Notes under the pieces: generated by a model
The model's input: the letters and a program-made list of their open reading frames with translations, nothing else
Told to the model about the DNA's origin: nothing
The model's database searches: none
Source of the DNA: Antedon mediterranea
Lineage: Eukaryota > Animalia > Echinodermata
Length of the DNA: 64,000 bases
Assembly (NCBI RefSeq): GCF_964355755.1
Contig: NC_092670.1
Span: 8,360,201-8,424,200, forward strand
Reading direction: 5' to 3'
Shown: piece after piece, positions 1 to 12,280 of the stretch
Layout of the letters: the number at the start of each line of letters is the position of its first letter
How positions within the stretch are numbered: position 1 is the stretch's first letter
Program-made: the position numbers and the translations under genes

Positions 1-1198
1 CAAACACCATATTATGTCTTTGAACATTGTAGGCCTAGAATTGAAGAAAGTAAACATTTTGGACTACCCATTGTCGAAAAAACTTCATATGAATTTGAAC
101 ATTGTCGAAATGACGAAAGTGAGAATTCAAGTAACACTGCCGTAGAAGCTTCGTATGAATTAGAACATTGTCGAAATGAAGAAAATGAGAATTTGGGAAA
201 CACTTCTGAAGAAACATCGTATACTGAATCTGAGGAAAATTGTGGAACTGAAGAAAGGGGTAATTTGGGAATTTACACTTTCGAAGAAACTTCGTTTGGT
301 TGTGAAAATTGTGGGAAACAATTTAATAAAAGTGATGATTTAAAAAAACATTTTAAAATTCACACAAGAGAGACACAACATGAATGTGAACATTGTGGGA
401 AGACATTTAAACAGAATGCGAATTTGAAAAAGCATTTGAGAATACACACAGGAGGAGCACCATTTGAATGTAAACACTGTGGGAAGAATTTTAAAGAAAG
501 GGGGAATTTAAACAAGCATTTGCGGATGCATACAGGAGAGAAACCATATGATTGTGAATACTGTGGGAAGAAATTTAGATCTAGTGTAAATTTGACAAAA
601 CATTTGAGAGTACACACAGGAGAGAAGCCATATGAATGTGAACAGTGTAAAAGGAAATTTAAACACAGTGGGCAATTAAAAATACATTTTAGAACTCACA
701 CAGGGGAGACACCGTATGGATGTGAACATTGTGGAAAGAAATTTAAACAGAGAGTGATTTTGAGAGAACATTTGAGAATACACACAGGAGAGAAACCATA
801 TGAATGTATATTTTGCGCGAAGAACTTTAGAACTAGTAGTTATTTAAATGAGATTACACACAGGATGCAAATCGTATGAATGTGAATATTGTGGACAGAA
901 ATTTATCACTAATGGGACTTTAAAAAAACATTTGAGAATTCACACCGGAGAGACACCTTATGAATGTGAGCATTGTGGAAAGAAATTTAAACATAATGGA
1001 TATTTAAAATTACATTTGAGAATACACACGGGAGAGAAACCATATAAATGTGAACAATGTGGAATACAATTTCAATGGGATAAAACCTTCAAAAGGCATC
1101 TAAAAACACACACACACAGACACTCTTTAAATGAAAACACTGTGCTATCATCTTTAAATTCAATTACATTATTACCAATCAATCAATTACAAAATTAG
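1..1198 (+). pseudogene. C2H2 zinc-finger gene (paralog A, copy 1), 5' end outside window, frameshifted
   Basis: Frame 1 is open from base 1 (QTPYYVFEHC...) through tandem CxxC-x12-HxxxH fingers with TGE(K/T)PY linkers. An 8-nt deletion (ATACATTT) at ~849 relative to copy 2 (~58398) shifts the last four fingers into the 848-1198 frame. Confidence 0.85.
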
Positions 1199-1646
1199 AA
1201 CTTACATATTTATTTTCACTCTGATTGTTAAAGCATTTGATTGAAAAGATGGAATATCTCAATATAAAATATAAGATATGAGGCACATATATTTTTTATT
1301 CTGTAGATGGATTCATGACAGAGAAATCAGTTAACTGAACATTTTGTTTAAGTTTTTCATATCTCCCTTTATTTTATGTTAATGTAAAGTGTATGGATTT
1401 TATGTATCGTATTCCTCGTTTTCGTCAGTCACAAAATAGTTTAATTATTATTTGTACAGTGTTACCGCTAGAATAGGCCTAAATAGTAACAATCGGTAAT
1501 ATTACGTGTGTTTACTCGCTTTTGAAATCTTTTCAATGCATATTAAAGAGAAATAATATCAAATTGCACCATTCTAAAAATATTAACAGTAAATATTCGT
1601 GCAACAACTTTTTTAAACAAAATTAACTAGGGCAACTACATTGTAA

Positions 1647-2283
1647 ACTAGAAAGCCACTCCGAGAGGGCATACCTCCGCCTACTGTAAAATTCTCCTAC
1701 ATAAGATTTCTCCGGTAAACAAAAATATATATATATATATATTTGTGTGTGTCTTAATGCTGTTTGTGATTTAGGTTAATTTCAGTACAAGCATGTGTAT
1801 GCGAGTTTGGTGTAATGGTTATGTAACAAGCCTTTCAGTTAACAATAGCTTCAGTTGACTAACAATAGCAACGCGAAAATCAAACGAGTGAATTTGAAAA
1901 GAAATAGGTTTTCTACTCGCATCAAAAAATGTGCACATTAAATCAAATTATGTTTCAAAATTACAAATCACAAATTATAACTCTTGCCTCTTGTTCAAAA
2001 ATTAAGTTTTTTGGACAAGTAGTTCTCGAGAAAATTTAAGTTTACTTGTTACTTTAAGACTGCTCGCCGGCTTTTGAAAAATTCTGTCCTATCTTTTAAC
2101 ACTAGCAGGTCTAAAAAAGTATACTAAAAAGGGGTCCAAATTTAATGGAATGGTCCTTGACCACATATCTATCTGTCTATTCATTTTGGTAAAGATCTTG
2201 TAATTACTTTTTGAGTAATCCTGCTAACAAACAAACAAACAAACACACGCTACCGATTACATATACCTCCTTGGCGGAGGTAA
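1647..2283 (-). mobile_element. Non-autonomous Helentron-associated (HINE/DINE-like) element
   Basis: Absent from the duplicate (empty site attgtaaattattgc at ~59206). Subterminal inverted repeat ACCTCCGCC (1674) / GGCGGAGGT (2273), (AAAC)n microsatellite near one end, T/A-run termini, no clear TSD. Confidence 0.7.
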
Positions 2284-2896
2284 ATTATTGCATCTCTAAA
2301 TTATTTATGGAGTGCTACAATGACATGACTGATCTATTATATTATTTAAGTTATTGAAATGTTATTCCAATGTGATTTCATTATAACAGTGTGTACAATG
2401 TTATAGGCTTTGATTTATTTTTATATTTGCTTTCATTTTAATTACTTATATGTATGCAATCGTGTTTTCAATCAAATAGTTTATAGGCCAGTGTGTTTTG
2501 GAGTATATCGCAAAAATAATAGCAGTTTGTACAGTAGGTCAGTGGTGTAGGAAAGAGTGGTATCGCACAAAATTCCAACAATGCAGAATTACCAATTTAT
2601 TTGGTTATGTAGTTTGCAATGTTTAATATCTCTGTTTCATTTGATTTAATATAAAAGTGGAAATTACAATAAAATGTTGATTGCCTTATTTAAATTTAAT
2701 GTTTCTTCATTTATTTATTTGACCAAAAAACAATAATGTAAAACAAAACTGAGGAGGAGAATCGGTCAGGACGGTAAAGCAAAGATTTATAATATTCAAA
2801 AACAGCATATAAAACAAGGAAAAAAATAATTTAGTGATTTAGAGAAAGATTTATAATTGCCCAGAAGGACTCAGAGTCAATTGATGATAAAATATA

Positions 2897-3032
2897 AAGC
2901 TCTGTCTACATAGCACTATCAACATTTTATGTGACAAAAAATGTGCGGACGTGATGATGTCATATACCATATTTGGGCATTTCACTACCATATTTGGGCA
3001 AATCACACTTTTAGTTTGATAAGACAAAGCTA
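2897..3032. mobile_element. Small MITE, Harbinger-like termini (agctctgtcta...agacaaagct)
   Basis: Imperfect TIRs and internal ccatatttgggca direct repeats. Copies at 60840-60982 and a partial inverted copy at ~54388-54483. Confidence 0.5.
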
Positions 3033-3199
3033 TAGGAAGAGATTCAGAAACAGCTAATTAATATTCAAATTAAAACTGTTTATTGCAACAAGGTAAGCAT
3101 TGTTATATTTACAAAATAACAACTACAATTCATTTCGTCACTTTGACGAATTATTTGTGATCATTGTGAAAACATAATTTTACTGACGTTTCATTTTTT

Positions 3200-3660
3200 A
3201 AAAATAAAATATGAGCGCAAAACATTGATATATTCCATCCATGACCACCTGATGCATAGGCCTACTATTATAGAGTGCTGCTATTAGTGTCGTATTTAAT
3301 ATATACAGTACATTATATACGGTATCTATATACAGTGTAGCATAGGTGAAATTACGTGACCCACACTATGTTCTAATGTTTTGGTATGATGATGACAATT
3401 TCGGAAGATAATGATTTGAGCAAAAGATATAACTCTTTTAAAATGTTTATAACTTTGACGAAAGACATGATAAAACTACATTTTAATTCAATTGACCATT
3501 CATATCTACATTTCAGCAGCTTTCTAATAAGTTATAAACATCATTAATTCTGAGGAGATGTAAGATATTCAAATATACGGTGTAAGTAAAAGTACGTAAT
3601 AACATTTTAATTTTGTAGGCGTGACGTGACGTCATAAAATTTGAAACTTATGAGTAATAT
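3200..3660 (-). mobile_element. Inverted fragment related to the 3' half of the 3850-5375 element
   Basis: 3331-3430 (tacagtgtagcataggtgaaattacg...) is the reverse complement of ~5070-5192; further similarity to 4800-4900 and 5260-5310. Confidence 0.55.
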
Positions 3661-3849
3661 TGGTTGAGCAAGCACACATTTTTTCAAACATATAAATATT
3701 AGGCCTATTGTTTTTAAAACTAATAATATTAACATAAAAATATTTTTTAATTGGATATAATAACTTTAAAAGACCTCTACAAAACAAAAATGCAATAAAA
3801 AAAAACATGATTTGTTTTAATTTACACGTTTTATTAAGAAATTATATTA

Positions 3850-5375
3850 TTAGGTGATCATTTAGAATAAAATGATCACCTATTGTTATTGTATGAAATC
3901 TTTAAAGTTATTATTGTTTCTGTACACTATTTTGTGTAACAATTATCTCAAAAAGTTTAATGTCAATGATTACCAACATTTTACAATATCTTTCAAATAC
4001 CGTAACTTAGTCCTAATAAGCTTTTCAGCGTGATCACTTATCCGTGACGTCATTTATACGCCATTTTCTGAAATCACATTATCAATCATATCTCCATAAT
4101 TCATTATCATATATTAATGAAATTTATTACACGTAAACTTCAGGTCAAGGGTAAAAATATTGGCAAGTAAAAACGCACGCGCACGTAGGGTCATGCGCGT
4201 AAAATCGCGCGTTCAAAATTTAAAAAGCTCAAAATTAAGTTTTAATCAATTTAGAGCATGAATTAGGCCATTTGCGTGTTTCAAAAAATTACTGCGCAAA
4301 AATACGTTTTTGAGCGCGCGATTTTTAAAAAGCGTAAAAATACGAATCCTTAGTACATTCACCGAATTTGAGTTTGTTCCGACTTAAAATAACGCTATAC
4401 GAGCATGTTAAAAATGACAAAATGCGCACATTAACTGCAGAAAAGTGCTGAAAATGATGAAGAATAAGGCATTTTTAAAATGAAAATCATTCTTCAGAAT
4501 GCACGATGACCCCAATTTTTTTTAATTATTCTAGAAGCCATTGAGTTTTAGATATAAATTCATTTACACATTTGACGTACAAAATGTTGTGAGGTCACCA
4601 AAAATGGCCACTCGAATTTAAAAATTTGGTTTTTTTCTCTTTTGTCATAGATTATCACATTCAACTGAGCGCATCTCGGTTATTTTGTGCCCGATTTTCG
4701 CTAAATTTTTTGTATATGTTTGCTCAATTAATTATCTTTCTCATGAGTTGTCAAAATTTTCATTTTGATGACGTCATCACGCGTAAAAACTTGAATAACG
4801 TAGGTCGTGTAATTTCACCTACACCATACATTTGAATATCTTACAGCTCTTCCGAATTAAATGGGACCTTGATGATTATAATTTATCATGAAAGCTGATG
4901 AAATATATATGAATTCATATAAAAATTAAGCCTATCGGATGTTTTGACGTTATGAAATGGCCAGTTGAAGTTAAAAAGTAGTTTTTTTTCTCTCTTTCGT
5001 CAAATTTATACAAATTTCAAAGAGTGCGCAGTGCGCTTCTACGTGCCAAATTTTCTTCCAAATCTTATAATATTTTGCTCAATTCATTATCTTTCGAAAT
5101 TGTGATCTTCAAATTTATTTTGACAACGTCATCATTCCAAAAAGTTAGAACATGATGTGGGTCCCGTAATTTCACCTATTCTACACTGTATATGGATATA
5201 CAGTATACTATACATATTATATATGACATATAATAGGAACAACTTGGCACTATAAGCATTATATGCATCATGTCATAGGATGGCGTACATCAGCTTTTTA
5301 CGATCGTATTTTAACGTATGCATGTTTAAAAATTTCAATAAAATGATAAAAATGATCACCTATAATTCCTAGTTA
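3850..5375 (+). mobile_element. Non-autonomous Helentron-associated element, family 2
   Basis: 5' hairpin TAGGTGATCATTT-agaat-AAAATGATCACCTA; sub-TIR AAAATGATCACCTA repeated at ~5349, followed by ...CCTAGTT. Near-identical 5' 700 bp at 37205-37905. Confidence 0.65.
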
Positions 5376-6289
5376 TTATTATATTATTAGACGTGAAATT
5401 ACACACATTTAAGGGACGGATGGAGGGACATGGTAGACATTTTTTTTGGCCGTTTTACGAATAATTTTTCGATAATAATTCATCTAAAAAAGCTACACCC
5501 ATTCCATTTGTATTGTGGTGACAATAAACAATAGACATAAAAAAGTAAAATAGACAATTCGCCTTATTTCTTTATTTCTGTTTTTACTGTATTTCATAAC
5601 AATAAGCATACAAAGTCAACAGACAATATGGTTTCATTCTAATTCAATAGCACGAGACATAATGCGACACGTCAATGAATTATGATTTTTAAAAAATGTA
5701 TTACATAATCGTAATAATATCTTTCAGTGCAATATAGTGTATAAAAAAGCTCAGTAAAGTCTCTCACTGATGATTTTAACTGGCACCCAAACAAATATTC
5801 CCAATTTACTCATTCATAATTATTAACATATTGAAGTCTTCTTCGTAAGCTACTGGTTGTGTCCTGAAAATATAGATAAAAATCGTTACAAATGCAAACA
5901 GGTTTATAAATTCGAACTGCTACACGTACCGACTGCTGAAAGAGAGTTAAATCTGACAGTTAAGTCTCAATCCTACAATAGCATCCATTTTCGTATGCTT
6001 TATGCATAATTGACGCGCCATACACCACGATCGATATTGTTAAAAATTGACCTTGTCAGTTCAATGGTATTGTAGTTACTGTAGTTGAATTGTTTTGACA
6101 TGTTGACCTACGTCGACTTTTTATTGTAATTGTTATTTTCTATATCATGTTTTTTGTTGTTGTATATTTCTCTTGGATGCACCTTCCATTTGGTCGAGTG
6201 CCACTGTTGTAAAAGTGTAATCTCCAAATAAATTATTATTATTATTATTGACACGCGACCGAAATGAAACGCGATCGAGATGATCGTAT

Positions 6290-6525
6290 TCCCTTTAGGT
6301 ATGGGTATAACTATGCCTTTTGTTTGTTAACATCTTTGATTGGCTGATTTGTTTTATTATGTAATTTTGTGACTTATATATGTTATCCTTTGTTACAATT
6401 CTTTTCAGCTGATGATGGGCTATGCCCGAAACATGTCGTTAAAATAAATCTATATTGAGGCAGTTTTAACTTATTTGATCTTGATTTTTTTCTATATCCT
6501 GCCTATGCAGCTCTTTGATTCATAA
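6290..6525 (+). mobile_element. Penelope-like element terminal-repeat remnant
   Basis: Carries a minimal hammerhead motif followed by AATAAA and a T-rich tract, ending in (TA)n. This arrangement is typical of PLE pseudo-LTRs. Confidence 0.5.
6402..6444 (+). ncRNA. Minimal type I hammerhead ribozyme (possibly degenerate)
   Basis: CTGATGA (6409) - GGGC tat GCCC stem II - GAAA - palindromic ACATGT stem III - GTC cleavage triplet (C6437). Stem I pairs only partly (ttttcag / gttaaaa). Confidence 0.6.
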
Positions 6526-6674
6526 ATATATATATATATAATTATATAAATCCAAAGGCAAATTACTGAAAAAAATGACAATGCTGTGGGTATCAGTGGC
6601 TGGATCTCAATGGAGATACAAAAATAAAAAGCGAAAAGCTAAATCAAAACGATAAAGTAAACAGCCAGAAAAGT

Positions 6675-6715
6675 TAGCAGAGCTTTCGGGCAACACTAGC
6701 CCTTCATCAGTGCAA
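6675..6715 (-). ncRNA. Minimal type I hammerhead ribozyme
   Basis: Minus strand reads ttGCA CTGATGA aGGGC tagtgtt GCCC GAA AGCT C TGCta: intact core, stem II, palindromic AGCT stem III, CUC cleavage triplet, GCA/TGC stem I. Confidence 0.7.
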
Positions 6716-7616
6716 GTGAAGGAATTTGGATAACGTCATAGTATAAAGCTGGCAAGTGCAACCTGGGTGGACAGGAATAAAAGAAATATAACAAAGGGAG
6801 CCAGGGTGGAGTCTGAATAAGAGTAGAAAACAAAGAAGGTAGCTTGGTAGAGATATAGAAAAAATTTGGAATTGTATATATATATATTTTTTTATAACAA
6901 AATATATGTCAACAGTAATTTGAAACTGATAGTGTATTAACAACAAGGGTCAAAATTATCTCGCATTTTGGTCTCTTGATGTAACATATCGACACGTGTA
7001 TAGGGTCTACTGTAGGCCATACCGCAGTAGGCCTACAGCGAACTGGGCCATGAACGATTCGTACAAAGAGACAACTGCATACCTATAATTGTTTAGTAGC
7101 CTAGATTGTTGACGTACGTCACAAATGGAACGGTTGCGGTTATACCTACAGTATTTATGTGTGGCTAAGAAGTGTATCATTATTATACCTATAGGCCTAG
7201 AGATATAGTGAATATTAATACTCATATCCATGCTCTATCTATGGTATCATGTAGGCTACTACTCCTACTACTCCTCCGATATTTTTTTTCTAGGCCGCCC
7301 GCCGATACGTAGGCTACTCAACTGTATCAATATTTTTACATTGATATATTTAATTTCCTCGACATTTCCTCTGTCTCAAGTATTTTATCAGTTATCAGTT
7401 CACCAAATATATATTCACGATATATTTACTTACAATACTATAATGATTGATGAATATTTAAGTTAAGGTAGCTAGTTACTATACAGTATTTTCAGGTAGA
7501 CATCCTCGGCATGTTATTTCATGAAGTAATATTACTCAATGGTTCATTAATTTACTACCTAGCAGCTAGCGTTTCGCTACTGGCTAGTAATAACCAAACA
7601 GTGGTAGGCCTACTGT

Positions 7617-8094
7617 ACAAAGTGGAGAATTAAAAGTACACGTCAGATCTCACACGGGAGAGACGCCATTTGAATGTGAACAATGTGGTAAGAAATTCAA
7701 AGCTAATGCAAATTTGAAAGATCATTTTAGAGTACATACAGAAGAGACACCATATGAATGTATATTTTGTACAAAGAAATTTAAATCTAATGGGTCTTTA
7801 AACTCACATTTGAAATTACACACAGGAAACTTACCATATGAATGTGAACATTGTGAAAGGAAATGTGCCTCTAATGGACTATTAAAAAAACATTTGAGAA
7901 TTTACAGAGAAGAGAGACCATATGAATGTGAACATTGTGGGAAGATATTTAAAACAAATGAAGGATTAAAATCACATTTGAAAACACATGGAGAGCCACG
8001 GTATAAATGCGAATATTGTGGAGTGAAATACCAAGATAAAAGGTGCTTCCAAATGCATTTGGAAAGGCACACAATAGGAATGGGAACAGCTTAA
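7617..8094 (+). pseudogene. 5'-truncated duplicate of the 3' part of ZNF paralog C
   Basis: Near-identical to 18996-19455 (QSGELKV...DKRCFQMHLERH). Starts mid-finger, with no N-terminal module or acceptor. Looser similarity continues into the 3' flank to ~8370. Confidence 0.85.
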
Positions 8095-8611
8095 TGAATA
8101 GGAAGATTGTATTCTAAAATTTAATTGTAATGATATGTTTAACATACACACAGACATCATAAGGTGACATTGTCAACAGAAATTTAGAACTTGCAAACAT
8201 TTAAAATAACGTTTGAGGAACAGACAGAGGGCGAGACACCATGATGTGAATACGAACATTGTGTCTATTTTTTTCTATTTCTAATCTACAGAGAATACCA
8301 TCAATATACCAGTGTATTTTAGAAGGCTATAAATTAAATTGTCCATTATACGTTTTAATTGCATCGGCCCTTTTTCAACATAGATTTTTCCCTCTTTTAT
8401 GTGGTTAACTACTGTACTATACTTTTATTCATATCACAATCAAAACGATAAACACAATGATTGAATAATATTCAACGTTTTAATGATGTTCATGAACATA
8501 ATGAGTTTAAAATAAATGTATTATAATTATATTTTAGGTGTTTTTTTATTCATTCCATAGAAATATAGAAACAATGTTGATTTCAATCCCTAAAAAATAT
8601 ACTTTGCTCCA

Positions 8612-8750
8612 CTAAATCTTGGTAACTGGTACGCAACGCAAAGTGGTTTGACCGATCTCAAGCGATAGACTATTCGAACAGTGGCGTGTGATTGGTCAAC
8701 TCGCTTGCGTTGTGTCTCCGTCCTTGCGTTGCGTCCTAGTGCTTAAGCTT
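8612..8750. mobile_element. Degenerate copy of the 15325-15503 MITE
   Basis: Shares acgcaacgcaa, gattggtcaa and tccttgcgttgcgtc-tagtg motifs. Confidence 0.5.
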
Positions 8751-9033
8751 TTTTTTGTCTTGTGTGAGTTCATCTCACGTTTATTTAAATTCTCATTGGT
8801 GAATATATTATATACGTATAAGTACATTTGTGACAATTAAAAGTAAGTGTTTAAAGTAGTTAAAATACAGGTATATTTACACAATAAGATGCTTGAATTC
8901 AGTATTAACCATATTTGTTTTCATTAAAATTTTAGATACGATGTTAATTAAATTGTAAAAATGAAAAATGTCGGTAAAATACATGATTAAAATTTTCTTG
9001 TTAAACTATCTTATTTGTGATCTTATTTGTGTT

Positions 9034-9270
9034 CGAGTAGAGAGGCTATAAACTCAGGGGAGGAAAATGTAGTATCCTCCCTTTTCACCAAGATAAAAAG
9101 GATGAAATGAAAAAAGAGGAATGCAAAAGTTTGAAAGTTAGATATTTAGAATGATAGCATGCAATGATATATTTAATGAAAACCGTAAAGTTAGAGTCCA
9201 TACACTGTGCAAGTCCAAGATGCGATTTTGGCTCTGTGCGTATGTGAGACGCTTCATACCCGATGTCACC
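9034..9270. mobile_element. Isolated terminus of an Academ-like transposon
   Basis: CGAGTAGAGAGGCTATAAACTCAGGGGAGG...gagacgcttcataccc matches the end of the coding Academ relic at 38763-39000. Confidence 0.6.
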
Positions 9271-9788
9271 ATGGTACAACTACTACTAACAATTTGTATT
9301 TACGATATAAAATACTGCAAATATAGAAAAATATATACATTGCTTAAGCTTAACGCACTCTATCTAACTTGCTCTAACTATGGTAACGAAAATAGCAAAA
9401 CAAAATAACTAACGTCTATAATTTGCGATTTTTTTTTCTGTTTGTACGTACGTTTGTTGATATGAATGAAATTTTCGAAATAAATGAAATTAATTGAAAT
9501 AGTCATTTTTGACTGAGGGATGCCTGATTGAGCTGAGGTCGCTGCTTAACAAGCATGGTAACTTGAAGTTGGTAAAGATCTGTGTTGCCACATTCTAATA
9601 TCGTAGTATAAAGTAGTATTGTTATTCACCTTGCTGAGAAAAAATGTAATTTAATTCATTAAATTTCAAAAGACACACAAGCAAGAAATGTAGGATAGAA
9701 GTAGTAGTGCCAATTAAGGTCATATAGAATAGACCTTTAAAACACCTCCTTCCCAATTAGGCCTACATTTACACAATAAAAAAATGCA

Positions 9789-9880
9789 TTTTAGTCGCGT
9801 GCAACTATGTCGATCGGTTGGTTGGTCGGTCGGTCGGTCGGTTGGTTGGTAAACACTACTTGGGCACGCGACTGCAGCCA
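9789..9880 (+). mobile_element. Short HINE-like element (family 1)
   Basis: ttttagtcgcgtg head, (GGTC/GGTT)n tract, gcacgcgact sub-TIR. Confidence 0.55.
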
Positions 9881-10075
9881 TGGGTTCGAGCCTGTCTGTA
9901 CCATACAAACTGTATTCTTAGGCAAGATGCTTTACTCGTATTGCCTCGTCCTTCGGATGGAACGTAAAGCCGTTGGTCCCATGTTTATAGTGCACGTTAA
10001 CGAACTTGGTACACTATTCGCAAAGAGTAGTGGATCGTCTCCCGGTGTGCTGAACTGGTAGGCGCTGCACTACTG
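9880..10075 (+). mobile_element. tRNA-derived SINE remnant with a Deu-domain-like core
   Basis: B-box GGTTCGAGCC, then ttaggcaagatgcttta and gtccttcggatggaacgtaaagccg...gtgcacgttaa...cactattcg-aaagagtag...ctcccggtgt, which resembles the conserved DeuSINE central domain (from memory, not aligned). Confidence 0.6.
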
Positions 10076-10399
10076 GGTCCGTGGAGGGCCTACTCCGAAT
10101 TTCCTCAGTTTCCAGTTAAACTTGAGGAAAACTACAGGTTCATTATTTATTGCTTTATTGAAGTAGATTGCTTAGTTATTACTCAGTAGGCCGCGGTTAC
10201 GGAGTTACCGAGTAGTTTATTTGTTTTATTTATATATTTTATTTATTAAGCTTCAAAAGACAAATTAGAAAGGAGAATGTATGTATAGAATTATAGACAT
10301 ATGACGCATATAACGATCGACGATATCAAGATAAACGTACATTTTTCTTACATAAAACAAAAGAAATTTTCATTCTAGAACCATAGATAACCATTTTTT

Positions 10400-11460
10400 T
10401 TAAAGCAATAAGAACAATAAAATCGTTGATCGCGTGAGAATATTATTGAGCTGTTTTTTGTTTTTTTTTTGCTATTTTGAAATTTCCTGTCACTTTAAGG
10501 ACCCTAATAGAATGATGAATTGGGTCGTCCTAAATATATTTTGATTTTTTCTAAAGCCTACATATCATTACAATTTTGTTTTGGCCTATTAAATATTAGT
10601 GCGTTGTGTTCCTTATCAGTTTATCCGTGGTGCTTAATTAACCATGCAGGGCGTATATACCATTGGGATGTAAGTTTTAATAAAATGAGATACACAAAAT
10701 GACTAAAGGAAATACTATTATTAATAGCAGTAATAGTAGTATTAATACTACTATTATTTCTTATATAACTTTATACATCTCTATGCAGTTACTAACATTG
10801 AATTAATGTTATGTGTATTTTCAGCATTTAAAATAATGATAAAGTTAAAACTATAAATTAGTTATAATGTTTCATTCTGTTTCTTAGTCACGGCTTGTAA
10901 CAATATTTTCTGTGCCAGCGACTATTAATTGGTTTGATTGTATTTTGGTTTCCATTGATTTTGTTACCCTCATTTTTAAAATCTTTTGTTTAATTAAATT
11001 CTTGACTACGTGACGTGGATTTTCAATAGTCTCGGCCAATCAAAGTACAGTAGGCCAACTATTAAGCGACGAGATGTCTTCGTCCGTCATTATTTCCGCC
11101 TGGTCTGAGTGGATGAAGGCCACTGCTACTTTATTTGTTCATTGTTATTATTTTGTATGCAGGCAGCGAAAGAAGTGGACAAAAAGGCCGGGAACTGTAT
11201 CATGGTAAGTACAACCACAACTTAATTGTTTTATGTATTTTTTCCCATTCACAATGTGTACAATTTAGTGCGGTTTGTTTTACACGTTTACACATGGAGT
11301 GTACTCCATGGTTTACGATGGTTTTCGTAACTAACTCCAAATAGTGAGAGGGAAGTCATGATTCAACGTATAAATAATTATAACTCCAGGATTTAATAAT
11401 TATCTAGCCAACCAGCTTGTCAACATTACACAAACAAAAATGGTATATTCAACAACAAAC
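10400..11460. repeat. Segmental duplication block 2 (partner 62860-64000)
   Basis: Collinear near-identity from caataagaacaataaaatc to gtatattcaacaac. Confidence 0.95.
11028..11210 (+). promoter_or_regulatory. Putative promoter plus non-coding first exon of ZNF B (distal)
   Basis: agtctcggCCAATcaaa at 11036; purine-rich ggcagc...aagtggac exon; donor ATG|GTAAGT after 11204. Paralogous cassettes lie upstream of other ZNFs. Confidence 0.55.
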
Positions 11461-11561
11461 ATTTTTGCTTTCATTAAAATTGTAATGTAATTATCAATAA
11501 TGGCCTTGGGTTGTTATCAAACTGCACTTTTAAAGTTATTGGTTGGTCAATTATTTGCCTA

Positions 11562-11716
11562 TAGTCTCGACCAATCAAATTTAAGTACAGCATAATCTAA
11601 TTATAGGTGTTTTTTCTTTGTTAGAATATCCTTGGATAAAACTGTTGTTTGCTAAGTTTTAAGCAGGAAGTGAAACAATGGCAATCACTGAGAAGACGGC
11701 AGTGGTATAGGTAAGT
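11562..11716 (+). promoter_or_regulatory. Second promoter/first-exon cassette of ZNF B (proximal)
   Basis: agtctcgaCCAATcaaat at 11571; actgagaagacg exon motif; donor TAG|GTAAGT after 11710; candidate acceptor tttacAG at 12177. Confidence 0.55.
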
Positions 11717-12280
11717 ACCAGGATTTTGTTGTGTATTTTTGTTTATGCAATTGCACTAAACAGTAACTTGTGTACATTTTAGTGTAGTAAGTTGTGGATT
11801 CCGTAAGTTGTTTAAAAATGTTTTTAAATATACATTTATTACTTTAATTCTTCCATACTTTACGATCTTTTATATATATATTTATCGGTATATCTTTATT
11901 CAAATAACACAAACAGCCAATGGCTGAAACCGTAGTCGTACAATATTAAAAACAATCATGATAAAAAAAGGTAAAAAAAAACATTTAAAAAAGCCGGTAC
12001 TAGGCTCCTTCAAGCCTAAAGTAATCGATCGATCCAAACCCACAAGTTTTTTGTTGAACAGTGCATGTTTATTCAATGTTATTGCCTACTTTACTACTCC
12101 CTTATTCAGTACAGTACATGCCACGCTGTACCTTAGGTACATTTTATTTATATTTATTGGATTTTTTAAATTTACAGTAGGCCTATAATTATGAAGAAAT
12201 GTCATCGCAATTAGGACGAACTCAACAGCAACATTAACTTTTAAAAATCATTAAAAAAAGATTTTTTATTGAACATCAGC

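Larger units (their letters stand above)
1..3510. repeat. Segmental duplication block 1 (partner 57571-61450)
   Basis: Near-identical collinear sequence starting caaacaccatattatg at 1 and at 57571, covering the ZNF, 3' flank, a small MITE and a repeat fragment. Confidence 0.95.

Noticed and set aside
12269-12280. ORF-track starts at TTG codons (12269, 18412, 57370, 193)
   Set aside because: Non-ATG starts; paralog alignment places the ATG at 12281, 18475 and 57445, and the first gene begins outside the window.
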